Below are positions 27,303 to 37,210 of a stretch of 64,000 nt of DNA, piece after piece. The translations under genes and the position numbers were made by a program. Origin of the DNA: Candidatus Calditenuis fumarioli (GTDB lineage Archaea; Thermoproteota; Nitrososphaeria_A; Caldarchaeales; Calditenuaceae); NCBI GenBank assembly GCA_030059665.1, contig JANVYR010000003.1:32001-96000 (forward strand), written 5' to 3'. The notes beneath the pieces were generated by a model. That model was given only the letters and a program-made list of their open reading frames with translations, was not told the DNA's origin and did no database searches. Positions within the stretch are counted from its first letter, which is position 1. The number at the start of each line of letters is the position of its first letter.

Positions 27303-27869
27303 TTGAGGAGGGGCCTGTTGATCGGGAGGTTCCAGCCTTTCCACATAGGTCACCTGAAGGCGATCGAGCAGGCGGCCACCGAGAACGACGAAGTTATCGT
27401 CGGCATCGGCAGCGCCCAGTACAGCTACACGCTAGACAACCCGTTCACCGCTGGAGAGCGGATAGAGATGATCAGGATAGGCCTCAGGAGCGCGGGGTTC
27501 GATCTGGGCAGGTTCGTTCCTGTGCCCATACCGGACGTGGGGGAGCACCACCTCTGGATGAGCAGGGTGAGGGCCACGGTCCCGAGGTTCGACGTCCTCT
27601 ACACCAACAACCCCTTCGTCAGGCTTCTGGCGGAGGCCGCGGGCGTCAAAGTCAGGGAGCCGGTGCTGGTGGAGAGGGAGCACCTCAACGGAACCGGGAT
27701 AAGGGCTCTGATGATCTCCGGAGGCGACTGGAGGAGGTACGTCCAGCCGGAGGTGGCCGCTTACCTCGACGAGATCAGGGCCGAGGAGAGGCTGAGGATC
27801 ATCGCGGCGCAGCTGCCCACGTCCGAGCGGCAGGTCAGGGGTGGTCAGGCGGTTGGTCAGGGTAGTTGA
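27303..27869 (+). CDS. nadM: Nicotinamide-nucleotide adenylyltransferase
   Basis: GRFQPFHIGH, GIGSAQYSYTLDNPFTAGER, LNGTGIR. Start refined to TTG 27303. Confidence 0.95.
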   Translation: MRRGLLIGRFQPFHIGHLKAIEQAATENDEVIVGIGSAQYSYTLDNPFTAGERIEMIRIGLRSAGFDLGRFVPVPIPDVGEHHLWMSRVRATVPRFDVLYTNNPFVRLLAEAAGVKVREPVLVEREHLNGTGIRALMISGGDWRRYVQPEVAAYLDEIRAEERLRIIAAQLPTSERQVRGGQAVGQGS

Positions 27870-28272
27870 GGTGACGCTGGAGGGGCTGCAGGGCCTCGAG
27901 GCGGAGTTCGCCACGAGGCTGACCGAGCGGCTGGTGGACGTCGGCGGGATGGCGCTGCCGAAGAGCGGTTCCGTCGCGATAGACCTGAGCTGGACGTCCC
28001 GCGAGGTGAGCGCACAGGAGCTCCTCAGGCTCTTGCGGTCGGTGCTGGAGGAGCTTGGGATAGCCGAGGGCTGCGAGGTCGTTCTGGACGAGGATCGCCT
28101 CGTGGTCCGGGCGAAGGACAGGGATGCTGTGCTGGAAGGTCTCAGGAGATCTGGTGCCCTTCGCAGGCCGCAGGCGGGGAGCGAGTTGCACCAGTGCCCT
28201 CACTGCGGCTACGTGACGCCGTACGAGGAGCTGCTGAGGGAGCACCTCAAGATCCACTACATCGGCCTATGA
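27841..28272 (+). CDS. Conserved hypothetical protein with C-terminal C2H2 zinc finger
   Basis: HQCPHCGYVTPYEELLREHLKIHY, with an alpha/beta N-terminal domain. Confidence 0.8.
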   Translation: MVRRLVRVVEVTLEGLQGLEAEFATRLTERLVDVGGMALPKSGSVAIDLSWTSREVSAQELLRLLRSVLEELGIAEGCEVVLDEDRLVVRAKDRDAVLEGLRRSGALRRPQAGSELHQCPHCGYVTPYEELLREHLKIHYIGL

Positions 28273-28273
28273 G

Positions 28274-28666
28274 CTAACCCCGCTGGCCCCTGCTCCTGAG
28301 GGACAGTATCGCCTTCGCGAGGTCCCCTCCCGCCTCGATCAGGGCCCTCCTCGCCTCCTCCTCCGTGACGTTGGCCTGGGCCGCAACGAGGGCCACGTCC
28401 TCCTCGGAGACCTCAACCGCCTGTGCGGGTTCCTCCGGTTCCCTGGGGGCCTCCGCCTCGCCCACCAACTCCTCGCCGCCGACGATCTGGTACATCCTTC
28501 CCATGGGCCCCTCGACCTGCACCACCGTCGCACGCCTGAGCGTGATCCTCCGGTCGCCGAGCTCTATCGTCACCGTTGCCTCTCCGAGCTCGTTGACCTC
28601 GATCCCCGCGGAGCTCAGGAGCCTCTCCTGCATCCTCCTCAGCGCCCTCGGCGAGACCTTCCTCAA
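28274..28666 (-). CDS. nac: Nascent polypeptide-associated complex protein
   Basis: NAC barrel plus UBA domain VSEEDVALVAAQANVTEEEARRALIEAGGDLAKAIL. Start refined to TTG 28666. Confidence 0.93.
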   Translation of the reverse strand: MRKVSPRALRRMQERLLSSAGIEVNELGEATVTIELGDRRITLRRATVVQVEGPMGRMYQIVGGEELVGEAEAPREPEEPAQAVEVSEEDVALVAAQANVTEEEARRALIEAGGDLAKAILSLRSRGQRG

Positions 28667-28754
28667 CGCCCATCCCTCCTGCCAGCGCGCATATAGACGC
28701 TCTTCCTGCACAATAACAATTTTTATAGTGAGGTGGGTGGTGCCGATTCGCGGG

Positions 28755-28964
28755 ATGTTCTCGGGCAGCAGGGACGAGCTGCTGAGGCCAGCGGTATCTC
28801 CGACGACGTTCCTGAAGTGCAACTCGTGCGGCACGGTTCACAGCAGGCCCTACCAGCAGGGCGATTACGTCTTCAAGGAGGTGGAGATGAAGTGCCCGAA
28901 GTGCGGCGGCGAGTCGATGACCATCGTGAGCATCCACGTTGAGGAGCAGAAGCAGCGCAGATGA
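28755..28964 (+). CDS. Small Zn-ribbon protein
   Basis: CNSCG...RPYQQGDYVFK...CPKCGG. TTTTATA box about 28 nt upstream. Confidence 0.75.
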   Translation: MFSGSRDELLRPAVSPTTFLKCNSCGTVHSRPYQQGDYVFKEVEMKCPKCGGESMTIVSIHVEEQKQRR

Positions 28965-28973
28965 GGTACCCTT

Positions 28974-29879
28974 TCAGGTGAGGGTTTCGCAGCCGTCCTC
29001 CCAAACGACGACGGTGTGCTCCGCCTGCGCCACCGGCTCGCCCGATGCCTCCACCAGCACAGGGTATCCTTTCACGATGCCGCGCCGGTAAAGGACCGCG
29101 TGGATCTCCCGGTCGACGTCGGGGAACCACCTGAGGGCGTAAGGGAGTCCCCTGGTCGACTCCAGCAGCCTCCTCACGACCGCCTCGTGCTGCGGCCCGA
29201 GACGTCTGGACCTGACCAGCGAGTCCTCCGAGACGCGGAAGATCTCGACCCGGTCGATGTGCTTGACCTGCCCGGCACCCCTTCGGGTGGTGAGGAAGGG
29301 CTCGACCGCGTAGACCTTCCCTGCCTCGAGCCTCCCCTCACCCGCTGGGACGTTGGGGATGGAGAGGCCGGCGTGGAGGTTGTAACGCTCTATCTGATGC
29401 CCCGAGAGGTTGGCTATGGGCCGATAACCGTACGAGGTGACGGCCCTGCTGATGACCTCGCCGACGGCGCTGACCCTGACGCCTGCCCGGATCGCCCTCA
29501 AGGCCTCCTCAAGGGCCCTCTCCGCCGCGAGCACCATCGCCTCGTCCGCTCCGGGAAGGGCAACTGTCACAGCGGTGTCAGCCACGAGCCCGTCGATCTC
29601 CACCCCGAGGTCCACCTTGACCAGACTTCCCCTCCGGAGCGCGTAGTCCGAATCAGGGTAGGGCGTGGAGTGGGCGGCAACCGCGTCGACACCGACGTTG
29701 CACGGGAACGCCACACCTCCTCCGAGCTCCCTGATCCTCTCCTCGACCCACGTGGCGATCTCCAGCGCAGAGGCTCCCTCCCTGACCCTGTAAACGACCT
29801 CGGACCTGACCTTCCTGGCTATCTCGCCTGCGGCCCGAAAGGAGTCGTAAACGTCACCATCAATCAAAGAGCGGCTCAT
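28974..29879 (-). CDS. map: Methionine aminopeptidase type II
   Basis: AAHSTP, DLGVEIDGLVADTAVT, NLSGH, AVEPF, VAQAEHTV. Confidence 0.95.
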   Translation of the reverse strand: MSRSLIDGDVYDSFRAAGEIARKVRSEVVYRVREGASALEIATWVEERIRELGGGVAFPCNVGVDAVAAHSTPYPDSDYALRRGSLVKVDLGVEIDGLVADTAVTVALPGADEAMVLAAERALEEALRAIRAGVRVSAVGEVISRAVTSYGYRPIANLSGHQIERYNLHAGLSIPNVPAGEGRLEAGKVYAVEPFLTTRRGAGQVKHIDRVEIFRVSEDSLVRSRRLGPQHEAVVRRLLESTRGLPYALRWFPDVDREIHAVLYRRGIVKGYPVLVEASGEPVAQAEHTVVVWEDGCETLT

Positions 29880-29910
29880 AACGGCTACCGTTCGGAGGCC
29901 CTGATCCCCG

Positions 29911-30075
29911 TCACTTCCTGGCCAGCTCCCGCTTCTTCCAGCGGAGGTTGTAGCTCCTGCACTTACGGCACTTCTCGGCCGTCGGGGGGTTCTTCGCACC
30001 GCACTTCCTGCAGATCTTGTAGTGTAGCCTCTTCATCTGGGCGAGCTGAATGAGGGAGGCGTCGAGCAGCGGCAT
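29911..30075 (-). CDS. rpl40e: 50S ribosomal protein eL40 (stand-alone, below ORF-track cutoff)
   Basis: Manual translation MPLLDASLIQLAQMKRLHYKICRKCGAKNPPTAEKCRKCRSYNLRWKKRELARK. Confidence 0.95.
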   Translation of the reverse strand: MPLLDASLIQLAQMKRLHYKICRKCGAKNPPTAEKCRKCRSYNLRWKKRELARK

Positions 30076-30113
30076 GCGCTACACCCTCTGATCCAGCACC
30101 ACCGACCAGCTCA

Positions 30114-31148
30114 TCAACGTATCACTTCCTCGAAGACCCAGGAGAGGTCCGGGCCCTTCCTTCCCTCCCTGAACTTCTCGTGGAGGGCGTGGGTGAGCAG
30201 GGGGAGGGCGATGGTAGCGTCGCAGAAGCACTGGGCCTTCAGGCTCTCGCCCGACTCCTTGCCCCAGCTGACCGCCTCCTCCAGCGTCGCCCCCGACAAC
30301 CCTCCCCAGAAGGGGCTGTCCGTCGTCACCTGAGCCGCGAACCTGTGGGGCCTCGTCGTCAGCAGGTCGCCCGAGAGGAGGACGTCGACCGAGACCGCCG
30401 CGAGCTGGATGAAGTCCTTCGGTACGCCTCCACCGATGAAGACGGCAGCGCTGTCGGAGAACCTCGACTTTATCGTGACGATCTGCTCGAAGTCCTTGAA
30501 GTGGTCCACGATGAGCCTGAAGTCCTTCTTCCTGTGCCTGTTCAGCAGGTAAGCGACGCCGAAACCGCTGTCGACGAGCGCCGGCGAGAAGACCGGCACC
30601 CTCCTCCTGTACGCCGAGGTGAGGATGCCGTCGATCCCCCTATCGCTGAGGTGTCTTCCCAGCAGGAAGAGGAGCTCAGCGGAGGAGTAGGGACCAGATC
30701 CGTCGAGGCCCAGCATGAAGTCGGCCAGCAGCTGCTCCATGCGCAGGTAGTCGCTCTCCCTGACGAAGACGTCGTGGAACCTGTAAACCCTCATGGCCCT
30801 GAGCTCCGCGTCGTTCACGTACGGCGACCCCTTCCAGTACCTGAAGCCCATCGCCTCCACCAGGTCCTCGGTGATGTTCGCACCGGTCGAGACCAGAACG
30901 TCCACGAACCTCCGCTCTATGAGCCACTTCACCATCTTCCACTGGCCTGCGGTGCTCATCGATCCGGCGAGCCCGAGGAAGATCACGGTGTCCCTCGCCT
31001 TGATCGCCTCCTCCCAGACCCTGAGAACCTCTCCGAGCGACCTGGCCTGGTACGCCGTGTCCCTCATCGCCTCCACGAGCTCCGAGATGTGCCGGTCACC
31101 GACCTCGATGGCCCTCACAGGCTCCGAGAACGGATCCCTGACCAACAC
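30114..31148 (-). CDS. dys: Deoxyhypusine synthase family protein
   Basis: FLGLAGSM, VSTGAN, IGGGVPKDF, GGLSGATLEEAVSWGK (catalytic Lys present), DATIALP. Confidence 0.92.
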   Translation of the reverse strand: MLVRDPFSEPVRAIEVGDRHISELVEAMRDTAYQARSLGEVLRVWEEAIKARDTVIFLGLAGSMSTAGQWKMVKWLIERRFVDVLVSTGANITEDLVEAMGFRYWKGSPYVNDAELRAMRVYRFHDVFVRESDYLRMEQLLADFMLGLDGSGPYSSAELLFLLGRHLSDRGIDGILTSAYRRRVPVFSPALVDSGFGVAYLLNRHRKKDFRLIVDHFKDFEQIVTIKSRFSDSAAVFIGGGVPKDFIQLAAVSVDVLLSGDLLTTRPHRFAAQVTTDSPFWGGLSGATLEEAVSWGKESGESLKAQCFCDATIALPLLTHALHEKFREGRKGPDLSWVFEEVIR

Positions 31149-31331
31149 TCACCGCAATCGACGTTCGAGCTGTGGCTTTAATGATTTGCGTCAGGAGCGG
31201 TCTTCCACGACATGGGTCACCGCACCGACCGTGCTGCAGGAGCGTAGTTCAGTTTCAACGGTCATTCTAACCCCCTGCGAATCGAATGGACCGCGAAAAT
31301 TGATTAGTCTGGAGAAGGGTTGACGGTGCGG

Positions 31332-33521
31332 ATGGTGGAGGAGCAGCAGCCGGTCAAGGAGCTGAGGCTGAGGGTCGCGGAGGCGCGGCAGAGGGACGTC
31401 GGTTACGGGATCGCCAGGATAGACCGGGAGGTGGGGGCTTCCGCTGGTCTCGCGACAGGCGACATAATCGAGATCAAGGGCAGGAAGCTCGCGGCGGCCA
31501 CGCTCTGGCTCGGGTACCTCGAGGAGGAGAAGGACATCATCCGGATCGACGGCTACATCAGGAGCAACGCCGGTGTCTCGCTCAACGAGTACGTCATAGT
31601 CAGGAAGGCGAACGTGAAGGAGGCCCAGCTGGTAGTCCTGGCACCGGTGAACAACACGATCAAGCCCGACGAGAACTTCACGAAGCTCGTCAAGAGCCGG
31701 CTGATCGAGTACCCCCTGGTCCAGAAGAACGTCATCCCGGTGCTGTTCTTCGGGAACCTCTTCAACTTCGCGGTCCTCCAGACCAGGCCCTCCGGAGTGG
31801 TCAAGATCACCCCGAAGACGAAGCTCGTCATCCACAGCAGGCCCGTCCAGGAGAAGACGCTCAGCACCAACGTCACCTACGAGGACATAGGAGGTCTCCA
31901 CGAGCAGATCCAGAAGATCAGGGAGATGGTGGAGCTGCCGCTGAGGTACCCCGAGCTCTTCCAGAAGCTGGGCATAGACCCGCCGAAGGGAGTCCTCCTC
32001 TACGGTCCACCGGGATGCGGCAAGACGCTCCTCGCGAAGGCCGTGGCGACTGAGGCGGAGGCGAACTTCTTCCTGATCAACGGCCCCGAGATCATGAACA
32101 AGTACTACGGCGAGACCGAGGCGAAGCTCAGGGAGATTTTCAGGAAGGCGGAGGAGGAGGCGCCGAGCATCATCTTCATCGACGAGATCGACGCGATCGC
32201 GCCGAAGAGGAGCGAGGTCACCGGTGAGGTCGAGAAGAGGGTCGTCGCCCAGCTGCTGGCGCTGATGGACGGCCTCGAGAGCCGAGGACAGGTGATCGTG
32301 ATAGGCGCCACGAACAGGCCGAACGCGCTCGATCCGGCGCTGAGGAGGCCGGGGAGGTTCGACAGGGAGATCGAGATCGGCATACCCGACAAGAAGGGGA
32401 GGAAGGAGATACTGCAGATACACATGAGGGGGATGCCGCTGGCCCCGGACGTGGACATCGACAAGCTCGCGGAGATCACCAAGGGCTACACCGGCGCCGA
32501 CCTCGCGGCGCTCTGCAGGGAGGCCGCAATGAAGTGCATCCGCCGGATCCTCCCGAGCATCGACTTCAACGAGGAGAAGCTGTCGCCCGAGATACTGGAC
32601 CAGCTGGTGGTGACGATGAAGGACTTCATGGAGGCCTACAAGGAGATCACGCCAACGGCCCTCAGGGAGGTCGAGATTGAGACGCCCAACGTCAGCTGGG
32701 ACGACATCGGCGGGCTCGAGGACGTGAAGCAGAAGCTGATCGAGTCGATCGAGTGGCCGATGAAGTACGCTGACAGGTTCGAGAAGCTCGGCATCAAGCC
32801 TCCCAAGGGAGTCCTCCTCTACGGTCCACCGGGATGCGGCAAGACGCTCCTCGCGAAGGCCGTGGCCACCGAGTCGGAGGCCAACTTCATCACCATCAAG
32901 GGCCCCGAGATCTACTCGAAGTGGGTCGGCGAGTCCGAGAGGGCCATCAGGGAGGTCTTCAGGAAGGCGAGGCAGGCGGCTCCGTGCGTGATATTCCTGG
33001 ACGAGATAGAGACGCTGATCCCGAGGCGCGACATGCTCGACGACAGCTCCGGCGTTGCACATCGGGTGACCAGCACCCTGCTCGCGGAGATGGACGGGAT
33101 CGAGGAGCTGAGGGACGTGATCGTGATAGGTGCCACCAACAGACCCGACATGATGGACCCGTCGGCCCTCAGGCCCGGAAGGTTCGACCGGCTGATCTAC
33201 GTTCCTCCGCCCGACGAGAAGGGAAGGCTCCAGATACTGAAGATCTACACGAGGAAGATGCCTCTGGCGCAGGACGTCGACCTTGCCAAGCTCGCGGCCA
33301 TGACGGAGGGTTACTCGGGCGCTGACCTCGAATCCCTGTGCCGTGAGGCCGGTCTTGCGGCGCTGAGGAGGAGCCCCGATGCGGAGGTGGTGACCTGGGC
33401 AGACTTCCAGGAGGCGCTGAACCTCGTCAAGCCGAGCATAACCCCGCAGATGCTGAAGGAGTACGAGAAGATCTCGGAGGTCCTGAGGAGCTCCGAAAGG
33501 CCCTTGGTCATGATCGGTTAA
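31332..33521 (+). CDS. cdc48: Cdc48/VAT AAA+ ATPase
   Basis: N-domain plus two AAA modules, GPPGCGKT x2, [24 protein letters not shown]. Confidence 0.97.
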   Translation: MVEEQQPVKELRLRVAEARQRDVGYGIARIDREVGASAGLATGDIIEIKGRKLAAATLWLGYLEEEKDIIRIDGYIRSNAGVSLNEYVIVRKANVKEAQLVVLAPVNNTIKPDENFTKLVKSRLIEYPLVQKNVIPVLFFGNLFNFAVLQTRPSGVVKITPKTKLVIHSRPVQEKTLSTNVTYEDIGGLHEQIQKIREMVELPLRYPELFQKLGIDPPKGVLLYGPPGCGKTLLAKAVATEAEANFFLINGPEIMNKYYGETEAKLREIFRKAEEEAPSIIFIDEIDAIAPKRSEVTGEVEKRVVAQLLALMDGLESRGQVIVIGATNRPNALDPALRRPGRFDREIEIGIPDKKGRKEILQIHMRGMPLAPDVDIDKLAEITKGYTGADLAALCREAAMKCIRRILPSIDFNEEKLSPEILDQLVVTMKDFMEAYKEITPTALREVEIETPNVSWDDIGGLEDVKQKLIESIEWPMKYADRFEKLGIKPPKGVLLYGPPGCGKTLLAKAVATESEANFITIKGPEIYSKWVGESERAIREVFRKARQAAPCVIFLDEIETLIPRRDMLDDSSGVAHRVTSTLLAEMDGIEELRDVIVIGATNRPDMMDPSALRPGRFDRLIYVPPPDEKGRLQILKIYTRKMPLAQDVDLAKLAAMTEGYSGADLESLCREAGLAALRRSPDAEVVTWADFQEALNLVKPSITPQMLKEYEKISEVLRSSERPLVMIG
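31986..32866 (+). repeat. 62-nt exact direct repeat at the D1 and D2 Walker A regions of cdc48 (31986-32047 and 32805-32866)
   Basis: aagggagtcctcctctacggtccaccgggatgcggcaagacgctcctcgcgaaggccgtggc occurs twice. Confidence 0.85.
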
Positions 33522-33526
33522 GCGCG

Positions 33527-33748
33527 ATGCCCAGCGCCGATCTCCTGGCTTCCGTGACCGAGACCCTGAGGAGGAACGGGGGGAAGATGATGGAGTCCCA
33601 GCTTCTCAAGGCGCTTCAGGCGAAGGGAAGGGACCTGAGCCTCTCCGACCTCAGGAGGGCCCTGCTGGTGCTGGAGCTGAACAACGTCCTCAGGGTCCAC
33701 AGCCTCGACGAGGAGAGGAAGCTGGTCACCCTCGTGGGCGTGAAGTGA
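33527..33748 (+). CDS. Small winged-helix-like hypothetical protein downstream of cdc48
   Basis: Helical pattern ending LRRALLVLELNNVLRV...KLVTLV; 5 nt after the cdc48 stop. Confidence 0.7.
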   Translation: MPSADLLASVTETLRRNGGKMMESQLLKALQAKGRDLSLSDLRRALLVLELNNVLRVHSLDEERKLVTLVGVK

Positions 33749-33784
33749 CCTCCGCACAGTAACCCCTCGGATCCCCTTTTCCGT

Positions 33785-34819
33785 TCAGAACCACTGGTCC
33801 AGCCTCGTCTCGCCTGCGGACTTCCTCTGCCTCTCCAGCAGCTCCCTCATCGCCTTCTCCACCCTCTCCTCGGAGAAGTCGTGTTCGTCGCAGAGGACCC
33901 TCTTAACCCGCTCCGGGTCGATGGGCCTCCACTCGAGCCTGAAGTCGTCGGTCACCTGGGGGTTCAGGAAGAGCCTGCGGACCTCCTCGATGTCGACCTC
34001 AGGGACGACGTTCAGCGCCCTCAGCGCCCTCTCCGCGGTCCCGAACTCCCTGATCAGCTGGAGAGCCCTCTTCGGGCCGACGCCCTTGACGCCCTCGAAG
34101 TAGTCGGTCCCTATCAGGATGGCCACGTCTATCAGCTGCTCCCGCGTGAGACCGAGGGCGCTGAACAGCCTATCCGACCTCACCAGCTCCGGGCTGACCT
34201 CGACGTACTCCTTCCTGCCGGGAAGCTTCCTCCTGCCGACGACGGAGAGGTTCCTGACGAGCCTGGGGGAGCCGAAGAGGATCGAGTCGTAGTCCTGGGA
34301 CGCGGAGGCCCAGACGTGGCCCTTCGCTGCCATGTAGGCCGCCTGCGCCTCCCCCTCCGACGGGGCCATGACGTAGGGGACACCCATTGCTTCCAGGAGC
34401 TCCTTGGCGGATTGGAGCATGTACTCCTCCAGGGTGGCCGTCTGGGTCGCGTACCTCCTCGCGGCCTCCAAGTCGCCCGACATCAGGGCCTTCTCGTACC
34501 TCTCGGCCGCGGCTTTCTTCGCCTCCAACCTCCTCCGTATCGTCTCCTTCTTCAGCTCCGGTGGCTGGCCGTCGAAGACGTAGACGACCCTGACGTTCTC
34601 CTCCAGGAGGTTGACGGTCCTGAAGAAGAGGCCGCTGAGGTGGCTGGTTACCCTTCCCCTGCTGTCCATGAGAGGCCTCCCGTCGGGCCCCCTGATGATC
34701 GAGAGGAACTGGTAGAGCGCGTTGAAGCCGTCGATGGCGACCGACTTGCCGTTGAAGAACTGAAGGCTGACCTCCTCCACCGCCTCTGGAGGAATTATGT
34801 CGCCCAGCTTGACGCCCAA
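33785..34819 (-). CDS. fen1: Flap endonuclease 1
   Basis: IDGFNALYQFLSIIR, VFDG, APSEGEAQ, SQDYDSILFG, GTDY, PIP-like tail TRLDQWF. Confidence 0.97.
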   Translation of the reverse strand: MGVKLGDIIPPEAVEEVSLQFFNGKSVAIDGFNALYQFLSIIRGPDGRPLMDSRGRVTSHLSGLFFRTVNLLEENVRVVYVFDGQPPELKKETIRRRLEAKKAAAERYEKALMSGDLEAARRYATQTATLEEYMLQSAKELLEAMGVPYVMAPSEGEAQAAYMAAKGHVWASASQDYDSILFGSPRLVRNLSVVGRRKLPGRKEYVEVSPELVRSDRLFSALGLTREQLIDVAILIGTDYFEGVKGVGPKRALQLIREFGTAERALRALNVVPEVDIEEVRRLFLNPQVTDDFRLEWRPIDPERVKRVLCDEHDFSEERVEKAMRELLERQRKSAGETRLDQWF

Positions 34820-34957
34820 CCCGCAAATTTCACCTCACAGCCCTGTTAAAGCTTTGCCCAAGGGAGCTCGTTCAGGAGGTCAAGTCCGGAAGGAGCCGTC
34901 GAACGCGGATTGAGGTTGTGCGGTGACCCGTGCCTCCGCGTGACGACCAAGGGCGGT

Positions 34958-36082
34958 TCAGCAGATCCCCGTCTCCTCGAGCAGCTCGGAGACCGTCTCC
35001 CTCCCGGGGCGCTTCAGGTGGAGCAGCGTTGTCCTTTCGGGCCTGACCTCCGGCGCCCTCAGCACCGCCTCGACGACGTCCTCACGCGTGAGACCGAGCT
35101 CTAGGAAGGAGGTCGGAGCGCCGGCTACACTGAGGAGCTCTAGGACGGAGCCCCAGCTGAACCTCGGGTCCCTCCACCAACCGCCGTTATGGGACTGGTG
35201 GTAACGGGACATCAGCACCGTCGCGAGCGCCACCTGCTCGCCGTGAAGGCCCTTCGACTTGCCGAGCGCGTCTATCTGATGCGAGATCATGTGCTCCGAG
35301 CCAGAGGCCGGCCTCGAGGAGCCGACGAGGGCCATCGCCGCGCCCGAGAGGAGCAGGCCCCTGAGGAGGACCAGCGCGTCCCGCATCCCTCCGTAGACGA
35401 AGTCGATCGCGCACTCGATCGCCTCCAGCTCCGCCGCGTAGGCCCTTCTGCAGACGATCTCGCCCGCGTGCAGCTCGCCCAGCTCCCAGTCCTTGAGGGC
35501 GGTCAGCTTCGCCAGCAGGTCACCGGCACCGGCCGCCTTGAGCCTGCGGGGTGAGGAACTGAGAACGCCCGCGTCTGCCACCACCGCCACAGGCCCGGTT
35601 GCCGGGACGCTAGCCCTGTGGCTCCTGCCCCGGAAGGCGACCGAGGCGACGGGAGAGGCGATGCCGTCGTGGGAGAGCGTGGTGGGAACCGAGATGAAGG
35701 GTTTGCCGGACCAGTGGGCTGCCAGCTTGCAGACGTCGATCACCGTTCCGCCGCCGACCGCAACCCCAACGGAGGCCCGTCCCATGAGCTCCTTGAGGCG
35801 CAGCGCGTTCCCCTCGTCGGCCCTGCTGACCGAGAACCCCACCACCTCGATGCCCCGGGACCTGAGGAAGCCCTCGATGGACGACGCGAGGACGGAGTAC
35901 GTGACCTCATCGTAGGCGAGCGCCACGGGACCCGAAAGACCGAGCTCCTTCAGGACCTCCAGCAGGACCTGGGGAGCGTCGCCTTCTGTCACCAGCGCCC
36001 TTGCGGTCCTCGGCATTACCGGATGGCAGGAGCACCCGACGCCGCTCAGCCTCCCCTCGATCTCGGTCGTGATGTCCCTCAA
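34958..36082 (-). CDS. egsA: sn-glycerol-1-phosphate dehydrogenase
   Basis: GGGTVIDVCK, PTTLSHDGIASP, GDLLAKLTA, SGSEHMISH, HGEQV. Confidence 0.88.
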   Translation of the reverse strand: MRDITTEIEGRLSGVGCSCHPVMPRTARALVTEGDAPQVLLEVLKELGLSGPVALAYDEVTYSVLASSIEGFLRSRGIEVVGFSVSRADEGNALRLKELMGRASVGVAVGGGTVIDVCKLAAHWSGKPFISVPTTLSHDGIASPVASVAFRGRSHRASVPATGPVAVVADAGVLSSSPRRLKAAGAGDLLAKLTALKDWELGELHAGEIVCRRAYAAELEAIECAIDFVYGGMRDALVLLRGLLLSGAAMALVGSSRPASGSEHMISHQIDALGKSKGLHGEQVALATVLMSRYHQSHNGGWWRDPRFSWGSVLELLSVAGAPTSFLELGLTREDVVEAVLRAPEVRPERTTLLHLKRPGRETVSELLEETGIC

Positions 36083-37080
36083 GCCGACCGCGCTCCGGCC
36101 ATCAGGTCACCGACGATCGCCGCGGACCTCCTCAGCCTCGAGGCCCGGATGCCGGCTATCTGCGATATCAGCTCGCAGCTCCTGCAGACCTCGCGGAAAG
36201 TGGGCGACCCGCAGACCCCGCACCTTCCCCCTCCCTCTCCGACCTTCCTGTCCTCCTGGAGGCCCGAGATCAGGCGGCCCTCGATCGCCATCAGCGCCGC
36301 GTACAGGGAGCCGGGGAACCTCTCCTCGAACTCGGTGAGGAAGGACCTGATCAGCGCCCTCTGCGAGAGGTGGCCGTAGGGGCACTCGACCTCCTGCATC
36401 GGTATCCCCGTGTAGACCGCATAGAGGATCACCTCCCTCTGGGGCGTGAGCCTGAACGGCGAGACCCTCGGCAGCACGCCCTCGCTCTCCCTTCTCAGGC
36501 CCAACGGCTGGTGGTTCAGGTCCCCCCTCAGGAGGTTCATCAGGTACGTCTGGACTATGTCGTCGAGCGTGTGGGCCGTAGCTATCACCGTGGCTCCGGC
36601 CTTCATCGCGCCCAGCTCTATCGCCCTCCTCCGCATGACCCCGCACACCGTGCAAGGGCCCAGCCCGAGCTCGTCGAGGTAGCCGTCCCTGACCGCCTCG
36701 TCCATCGTCAGCCCGTAAAGCTCGCTGAAGGAGACCAAGACCTGCTCGACGCCGAGCTCCTCGCAGACCCTCCTCGCGTACTCCAGGGCCTCCTCCCTGT
36801 ACCCGGATATCCCCTCGTCGACCGTGACCGCTACCAGCCTCGCCCTCGGGAACCTCCGCTCTATCTTCGCGAGGACCTTCAGGAGCGCGATGCTGTCCTT
36901 TCCTCCTGAGAGGGCGACCGCGATCGTGTCGTCCTCCCTCAGCATGTCGTACCTCGTTATGGTCCGGTAGACCCTCCGCTCGAAGGTCTCGAGGAAGCAG
37001 GCCCTGCAGAGCCTCTCCCCCGAGTACCGCCTGACGTAGACGACCCCAGCCCTACCGCACCTGCTGCAGGCGTTCTCCAT
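36079..37080 (-). CDS. tRNA 2-thiolation protein TtuA/NcsA (TIGR00269-like)
   Basis: N-terminal CxxC...CxxC, ALSGGKDS, CTVCGVMRR, AHTLDD, ECPY, C-terminal CGVCG...CRSC. Start refined to ATG 37080. Confidence 0.92.
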   Translation of the reverse strand: MENACSRCGRAGVVYVRRYSGERLCRACFLETFERRVYRTITRYDMLREDDTIAVALSGGKDSIALLKVLAKIERRFPRARLVAVTVDEGISGYREEALEYARRVCEELGVEQVLVSFSELYGLTMDEAVRDGYLDELGLGPCTVCGVMRRRAIELGAMKAGATVIATAHTLDDIVQTYLMNLLRGDLNHQPLGLRRESEGVLPRVSPFRLTPQREVILYAVYTGIPMQEVECPYGHLSQRALIRSFLTEFEERFPGSLYAALMAIEGRLISGLQEDRKVGEGGGRCGVCGSPTFREVCRSCELISQIAGIRASRLRRSAAIVGDLMAGARSA

Positions 37081-37210
37081 CCGCCGGGTTGGCATCCAGC
37101 TCCTCGGTAATGAGCTTCGCTCCGCAGGACGCCTCTCCCAAAGAGCGCGGCGCTCGACCGTCCCGAGGTTCTCCTCATATATCGCCCGGGTGAGCTCGTG
37201 GGGGATCGGG

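Noticed and set aside
29911-30110. Possible ubiquitin-eL40 fusion
   Set aside because: An in-frame TAG lies two codons upstream of the rpl40e ATG, so the gene is stand-alone.
34869-34905. Hairpin AGGTCAAGTCCGGAAGGAGCC resembling SRP RNA helix 8
   Set aside because: The conserved 3' AGCA of the symmetric loop is missing, and the 139-nt gap is too short for an archaeal SRP RNA.
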